Assembly (NCBI GenBank): GCA_000989515.1
Contig: LBOM01000003.1
Span: 15,411-79,410, forward strand
Length of the DNA: 64,000 nt
Direction: 5' to 3'
From: Candidatus Nomurabacteria bacterium GW2011_GWE1_32_28
Lineage (GTDB): Bacteria > Patescibacteriota > Minisyncoccia > Phycocordibacterales > UBA9973
The notes under the pieces are model-generated. The model searched no databases and had not been told where the DNA came from. It saw only the letters and a program-made list of their open reading frames with translations. Both the position numbers and the translations under genes were made by a program. Positions 59,462 to 64,000 of this stretch are shown in pieces. Position 1 is the stretch's first letter. Each line of letters opens with the position of its first letter.

Positions 59462-60817
59462 TTACACAAACGTCAAGGCTATTCCCTTTTTGCCACTACG
59501 GCCAGTACGGCCGATGCGGTGCACATAAGTATCATACGTTTGGGGAATGTCATAATTTATAACATGAGTGACATCTGGGATATCGAGTCCACGAGCAGCC
59601 ACATCTGTCGCTATTAAAATGCTAATCTGATCCTTTTTAAATAATTCTAATGTGCGAATACGTTCACGACTTCTTTTATCGCCATGAATACAACCAACCT
59701 TAAATCCTAAATGTGAAAGCTCTTTTGTGAGAGTATCCACACTATGTTTCATTTCTCTAAAAATCAAAACTTTATTTGAACCATCTGTTTTTAAAATCTC
59801 ATGAAGTTTTTCTAATTTTTCTTCTTTGGATTTTGTGCGGACGACATCTTGATCAATATTTTTTGCTGTCTCACCTGAGATAACAGAAATAAAAACTGGA
59901 TCTTTTAAAAATTCTGTGGTTAGTTTTTTAACTTCAGGAGAAAGTGTAGCTGAAAAGAAAAGTGTTTGTCTGTTTTCCTTAGGAGCTTTAGCTAAAATAA
60001 AAACCATATCATCTCTGAATCCCATGTCGAGCATTCTGTCTGCTTCATCGAGAACAACAGAATGGCAAGTAGATAAATCTAAAACCTTTCTTTCAATAAG
60101 ATCTCGTAATCTTCCTGGTGTACCAACAACAAAAGATACTCCTCTTTTTATCTCCCCTATTTGTTTCATTATTGGAAGACCGCCAACACAAGATACAGAA
60201 AAAATTCCTAAACCAAAAGCAAGTTCACGAAAATCAGAATCTATTTGTAATGCAAGCTCTCTTGTCGGGGCCATAATCAAAACAGTTTCTCTTTTATTTT
60301 GACCTTTTGTTTTAAAAACTTTTTCAATTAAAGGAAGCAAAAAGGCCGCTGTCTTTCCTGTACCAGTATTCGCCATACCAAAAACATCAAACCCTTTTAT
60401 AACTGAAGGTATAGCTTGATCTTGAATTGGTCTTGGGTTGGTAAAACCCTTTCGAGCAATATTTTTTTGAACTTGATCATTAAAAGGAAAATCAACAAAA
60501 GTATGTTTGGAAACATATGGTTTCTCTTCTATGTATTGTCCTTTTTTAATAAAACGAGAAAAATCTATTCTTTCACCACCAAATCTTTTTTTACCTCCCC
60601 CATTTTTGCGGGAACGAGAATTATTACTAAATCTACCTCTTCCACTAGACAAGGTGGGTTTTCCACTACCAAATTTACGAACTGGTCTAACAGAGCTAGA
60701 ACTAAAACTTGGCTTAGTAGAATGACTAGAACTTGGTCTAGAAAATTTCGCCACTGGGCGAGCTTTATTGTGTACGGAAGCAGAAGCTCCACGCACAAAA
60801 CTGCGTTTGTTTATCAT
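59462..60817 (-). CDS. DEAD-box ATP-dependent RNA helicase with ~100-aa Arg/Ser/Gly-rich N-terminal extension
   Basis: Q-motif, Walker A ANTGTGKTAAF, DEAD, SAT, HRIGRTGRSG motifs. Confidence 0.85.
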   Translation of the reverse strand: MINKRSFVRGASASVHNKARPVAKFSRPSSSHSTKPSFSSSSVRPVRKFGSGKPTLSSGRGRFSNNSRSRKNGGGKKRFGGERIDFSRFIKKGQYIEEKPYVSKHTFVDFPFNDQVQKNIARKGFTNPRPIQDQAIPSVIKGFDVFGMANTGTGKTAAFLLPLIEKVFKTKGQNKRETVLIMAPTRELALQIDSDFRELAFGLGIFSVSCVGGLPIMKQIGEIKRGVSFVVGTPGRLRDLIERKVLDLSTCHSVVLDEADRMLDMGFRDDMVFILAKAPKENRQTLFFSATLSPEVKKLTTEFLKDPVFISVISGETAKNIDQDVVRTKSKEEKLEKLHEILKTDGSNKVLIFREMKHSVDTLTKELSHLGFKVGCIHGDKRSRERIRTLELFKKDQISILIATDVAARGLDIPDVTHVINYDIPQTYDTYVHRIGRTGRSGKKGIALTFV

Positions 60818-60957
60818 ATATTTCTTTTTGTGTCATGGACATCAATCACGCGACACTAAAAGTCATAGATGATTTCCACAATCGTCAGTTCTCGTTATAT
60901 TAAGCTTGCCTGCCTTTGGCAGGAGTTGAGAATGATGTATAAAGAGTAGCATTTCTA

Positions 60958-61470
60958 CTATATTTTGTCAAATTGTCTACCTATTATATTGCCTGGGTCT
61001 TTTTTATTAAAAAGTATTTCACTATTTTCAAGCAAATAAACATCTTTAATTCCAGCTTTTATCATTGCTTCCCAACAATCTTTACAACACCACCAATGTC
61101 CCCACATATACAAATCAGTTTCTTTAATATCAAAACCGTGATCTTTAGCATCTTTAATAGCCTTACCTTCACCATGGTTCTTAGGATGGCATCCTTCGCA
61201 AAGCTCATATCCTTCACCAGTAGGAATTTTTTGTTTTACTCTCTCACATTCGTGTGTATCATGATATGTACTACCATTAGCTCCACGACCAACCACAACA
61301 CCATCTTTAACAATCAAGCTAGTATTGGGCATTTCTCTGTCTAAAGAGTTTAAGCGTGCATATTCTTTAGCTTCCATCATAAAAATATTAGTTTCAGGAA
61401 CATACAAAATAGAACGTCCTTCTGGAATATATGGTATTTCATATTTTAATTTTTTAGGTAAACTTTCCAT
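60958..61470 (-). CDS. dCMP/cytidine deaminase-family zinc enzyme (ComEB-like)
   Basis: H-x-E (CHPKNHGE) and CxxC (CCKDC) zinc-ligand motifs. Confidence 0.65.
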   Translation of the reverse strand: MESLPKKLKYEIPYIPEGRSILYVPETNIFMMEAKEYARLNSLDREMPNTSLIVKDGVVVGRGANGSTYHDTHECERVKQKIPTGEGYELCEGCHPKNHGEGKAIKDAKDHGFDIKETDLYMWGHWWCCKDCWEAMIKAGIKDVYLLENSEILFNKKDPGNIIGRQFDKI

Positions 61471-61499
61471 ATAGTTTCAATTCTTATATAATACACTAC

Positions 61500-62333
61500 A
61501 TGACTACTTTTGACACAATCTATCAAAACATTATTAAAAAAATAATGGAAGAAGGTATCGAAGAATTAAATGAACGCACAGGGCATAAAACTAAATCATT
61601 GCCTGGTATAACCTTTCAAATAGATTTAGAAAAAGAAGGCTTTCCAATACTTACATTAAGGAAAAATCCAATTAAGTCACCAATCGCTGAACAAGTATGG
61701 TTTATACAAGGAGAAAAAAATACTGATTTTTTAAGAAAATATACAAAAATGTGGGATGAATTTTTAGAAAAAGATGGCACACTCACCTCAGCTTATGGAT
61801 ATCGTTGGAGACATTATTTTGGAAGAGATCAACTTGGAAAATTAATAGAATTATTACAAAAAGATCCTAGCTCTCGTCACGGAGTCGTCATAACATGGGA
61901 TCCTAAAGATGATGGATATGGAGGTACACCAAAAAAGAATGTCCCATGTCCTTACACTTTTACAGTAAATATAATAGGAGGTAGATTAAATTTACATAAT
62001 ATTATTAGATCAAATGATATGATGCTCGGTTGCCCTTTTGATGTATTTGGGTTTAGTCTATTAATGTATATTTTAGCCCAAAAACTAAATGTACGTCCTG
62101 GAATGTATACGCACACTATTTCAAATGCACATATATATGACACACACTATGAAGGAGCAAAAGAATTAATAAGTAGAACAAACACACATGAAAATATTTT
62201 CCCAAAATTACCAGAAGATATTTTTGATAGAGCAGAAAAAAAAGATGAACAATTAGTCGATGAAATTTATCAATCATTTTCACCATATTTCAAGCCAAAT
62301 GAACCCATAGCTGGTCTTGATATAATTAAATAA
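61500..62333 (+). CDS. thyA: thymidylate synthase (ThyA type)
   Basis: VPCPYTF...RSNDMMLGCPFDVFGFSLL active-site region. Confidence 0.9.
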   Translation: MTTFDTIYQNIIKKIMEEGIEELNERTGHKTKSLPGITFQIDLEKEGFPILTLRKNPIKSPIAEQVWFIQGEKNTDFLRKYTKMWDEFLEKDGTLTSAYGYRWRHYFGRDQLGKLIELLQKDPSSRHGVVITWDPKDDGYGGTPKKNVPCPYTFTVNIIGGRLNLHNIIRSNDMMLGCPFDVFGFSLLMYILAQKLNVRPGMYTHTISNAHIYDTHYEGAKELISRTNTHENIFPKLPEDIFDRAEKKDEQLVDEIYQSFSPYFKPNEPIAGLDIIK

Positions 62334-62341
62334 TAAATAAT

Positions 62342-62839
62342 ATGATTTCAATCATTGCAGCAATTGGTAAAAATAATGAAATAGGAAAGAAGAATGAACT
62401 TCTTTGGAATTTACCAGGAGATATGAAGCATTTCAAAGAAACAACAGCCGGACATACTGTTATAATGGGACAAAAGACTTTTGAAAGTATCGGACGTCCA
62501 CTTCCAAATAGAAGAAATATTGTTTTAACATTAGATAAAAATTTTAAAACAACTGGAGTAGAAATTGTTTACTCTCTTAAAGAACTTGATGAATTATTAA
62601 AAAAGACCTCTACATCAAAAGAAGAAAATTTTGTTATTGGTGGAGGACAGATATATAAATTATTTATAGATAAAGCAGACAAGCTCTACATCACCCATGT
62701 AGATGCATCTTTCCCTGATGCTGACACCTTTTTTCCAGAAATTATTCCAATATTATTCTTAGAAAATTCAAGAGAAGAACATAAAAAAGATAAAAAAAAT
62801 GCATATGATTATGCGTTTGTAACTTACGATAGATTTTAA
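62342..62839 (+). CDS. folA: dihydrofolate reductase
   Basis: MISIIAAIGKNNEIGKKNELLWNLPGDMKHFKETT..VIMGQKTFES. Confidence 0.9.
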   Translation: MISIIAAIGKNNEIGKKNELLWNLPGDMKHFKETTAGHTVIMGQKTFESIGRPLPNRRNIVLTLDKNFKTTGVEIVYSLKELDELLKKTSTSKEENFVIGGGQIYKLFIDKADKLYITHVDASFPDADTFFPEIIPILFLENSREEHKKDKKNAYDYAFVTYDRF

Positions 62840-62848
62840 AACCTAAAA

Positions 62849-63175
62849 TTAAGGATCTAGATCAGTTCTGACTCTTATAAAAAAATCTGTTCCATCAGGA
62901 GCTTTTTCTTTTTTATAAACTCTATTTTTATTTATTTCTACTTTTCTAACTATTTCTCCCTCTAAATCAAAACCCATCCTTTCACACATACCAAGTAAAA
63001 ATATAGCAACATCAGCTAATTCTTCAGCAACGCCATCTTGATTTTTGTTATATTTAGAAAAAGCTTCTGATAGTTCTTCATGTGCTCTACAAAACTCATA
63101 GGCTGTTTCTGTACAAAAACCTTTTTCTAATTTATTTCTATATATTTCTTTTTGTAATTCTTTTAAATCAACCAT
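62849..63175 (-). CDS. MazG-like nucleoside triphosphate pyrophosphohydrolase (small, single domain)
   Basis: EELSEAF...EELADVAIFLLGMCERMG matches the MazG EExxE/D metal-binding helices. Confidence 0.55.
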   Translation of the reverse strand: MVDLKELQKEIYRNKLEKGFCTETAYEFCRAHEELSEAFSKYNKNQDGVAEELADVAIFLLGMCERMGFDLEGEIVRKVEINKNRVYKKEKAPDGTDFFIRVRTDLDP

Positions 63176-63232
63176 AATATAAATATACTACCCAAGCATC
63201 AAAAACGCAAAAAGGTAGTTCTTATATAAGAA

Positions 63233-63721
63233 CTACCTCAGAATTTTTAATTCATCTAAAATTTCCTGGTACCAACCCATTGGAAAATTTAAAACTGGAA
63301 TATTTAACTCTAAAAGAATTTCACTTTCTCTTCCAGCACCGATGGAAGGTTTGTTTCGAGGAATTGAAAATATTATCTCCAATAATTTTGATTCAAAGAT
63401 TTGTCTGTATGTAACATCTATCACTGACATACAATAATCATTATTATTTTTATTCCAATCTTCTATTAATGGAGTCAATCCAATACTTAAAGGAATAAAA
63501 TTAAAAATATTAAAACCAAATTCTTCTAATTTATAAATAGACTTCTCTATAATTTTTATATTATTCGCTAGTCCATGGCCTCCTGTTGTAAAAGGAGCCG
63601 TAAGTCCAAAAACTGGTTTAGGTATTGTTTTTATAACAGAAATAGCAATATCTGCTGTTTCTTCGAAACTTTTTACATTTTTAATTTCTCTTAAATAATC
63701 TTTAGTCCAATATGTTTCCAT
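63233..63721 (-). CDS. hypothetical protein (162 aa), possibly a nucleoside deoxyribosyltransferase-like fold
   Basis: complete ORF in the nucleotide-metabolism neighbourhood; assignment speculative. Confidence 0.25.
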   Translation of the reverse strand: METYWTKDYLREIKNVKSFEETADIAISVIKTIPKPVFGLTAPFTTGGHGLANNIKIIEKSIYKLEEFGFNIFNFIPLSIGLTPLIEDWNKNNNDYCMSVIDVTYRQIFESKLLEIIFSIPRNKPSIGAGRESEILLELNIPVLNFPMGWYQEILDELKILR

Positions 63722-63785
63722 AATTATCTCCTTTTTTGTTTACAAATATCTCCCCCAGATAGACTACAAGTAAACAAAAATAAAG

Positions 63786-63820
63786 TAAAGCACCCCGATT
63801 TTTAATCGGGGTGCTTTATA
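63786..63820. terminator. intrinsic terminator downstream of rplK
   Basis: gcaccccgatt-ttt-aatcggggtgc 11-bp stem with A/T-run flanks. Confidence 0.7.
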
Positions 63821-63833
63821 ATTTAATTTATCT

Positions 63834-64000
63834 TTAATTTTCAACTTCTATACCCATAGATCTAGCAGATCCGGCAACTATATTTATTGCTCCTTCATCA
63901 TTTTTAGCATTCAAGTCTGACATCTTTTTATTTGCTATCTCTAAAGCTTGAGCTCTCGTTATTTTTCCTACTTTAGTAGTAGCATTTTTACCTGAACCTT
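63834..64000 (-). CDS. rplK: 50S ribosomal protein L11, C-terminal part (gene runs off the window)
   Basis: reverse-strand translation ...[54 protein letters not shown]. Confidence 0.8.
   Translation of the reverse strand, partial: GSGKNATTKVGKITRAQALEIANKKMSDLNAKNDEGAINIVAGSARSMGIEVEN

Overview
Low-GC window (~30% GC) with the gene content and order of a reduced-genome Candidate Phyla Radiation (Patescibacteria-like) bacterium read under the standard genetic code. Long conserved genes (fusA, ligA, ftsH, recG, secY) are intact, so UGA is a stop. Shine-Dalgarno sequences are generally absent, and many genes appear leaderless, with a -10 box 6-10 nt before the ATG. Main blocks: (1) 23-1854, a small metal-handling operon (His-rich protein, HMA-domain/membrane fusion, cupredoxin-like protein) ended by a 40-bp perfect palindrome; (2) tRNA-Ser(GGA) and ligA; (3) 4620-17081 minus strand, a complete type IV pilus locus (pilM-N-O, pilB, response regulator, pilT, pilC, three major-pilin paralogs, pilD, four minor/pseudopilin-like genes) followed by comF on the plus strand; (4) 17.8-23 kb accessory genes (ATP-grasp, DsbA-like, DedA, archaeal-type PGI/PMI, HD-domain ppGpp hydrolase); (5) two more tRNA-Ser genes flanking the recG start, a tRNA with a UAU anticodon, a GIY-YIG gene, ftsH, and a tmRNA (ssrA) directly downstream of smpB that the ORF track misses; (6) phosphohexomutase, an isolated pilin, a large polytopic membrane protein, a CDP-archaeol-synthase-like (CarS/DUF46) protein, and infC-rpmI-rplT; (7) 36.5-58.4 kb minus strand, ndk, a 920-aa VirD4/TraD-like ATPase, map, a UMP-kinase-like gene, adk (cmk divergent on the plus strand), and the secY/spc/S10/str ribosomal cluster (rplO through rpsL, tuf, fusA); L30 is absent and rplO, rpsJ, rpmC and rpsZ carry extensions; (8) an M50 protease, rpmB, a DEAD-box helicase, a dCMP-deaminase/thyA/folA/MazG nucleotide module, and a partial rplK. 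The most distinctive unexplained signal is an 11-bp motif AATTCGTAATT, usually in 2-3 tandem copies, immediately upstream of most ribosomal-protein and pilus genes; once it is inside a pilin leader-peptide coding sequence. Other signals are a 19-bp perfect palindrome bridging the divergent adk/cmk starts, two loci with paired GC-rich mini-hairpins, and a GC-enriched structured candidate ncRNA at 36.37-36.49 kb. No CRISPR array, rRNA, or obvious integrase/transposase was found.
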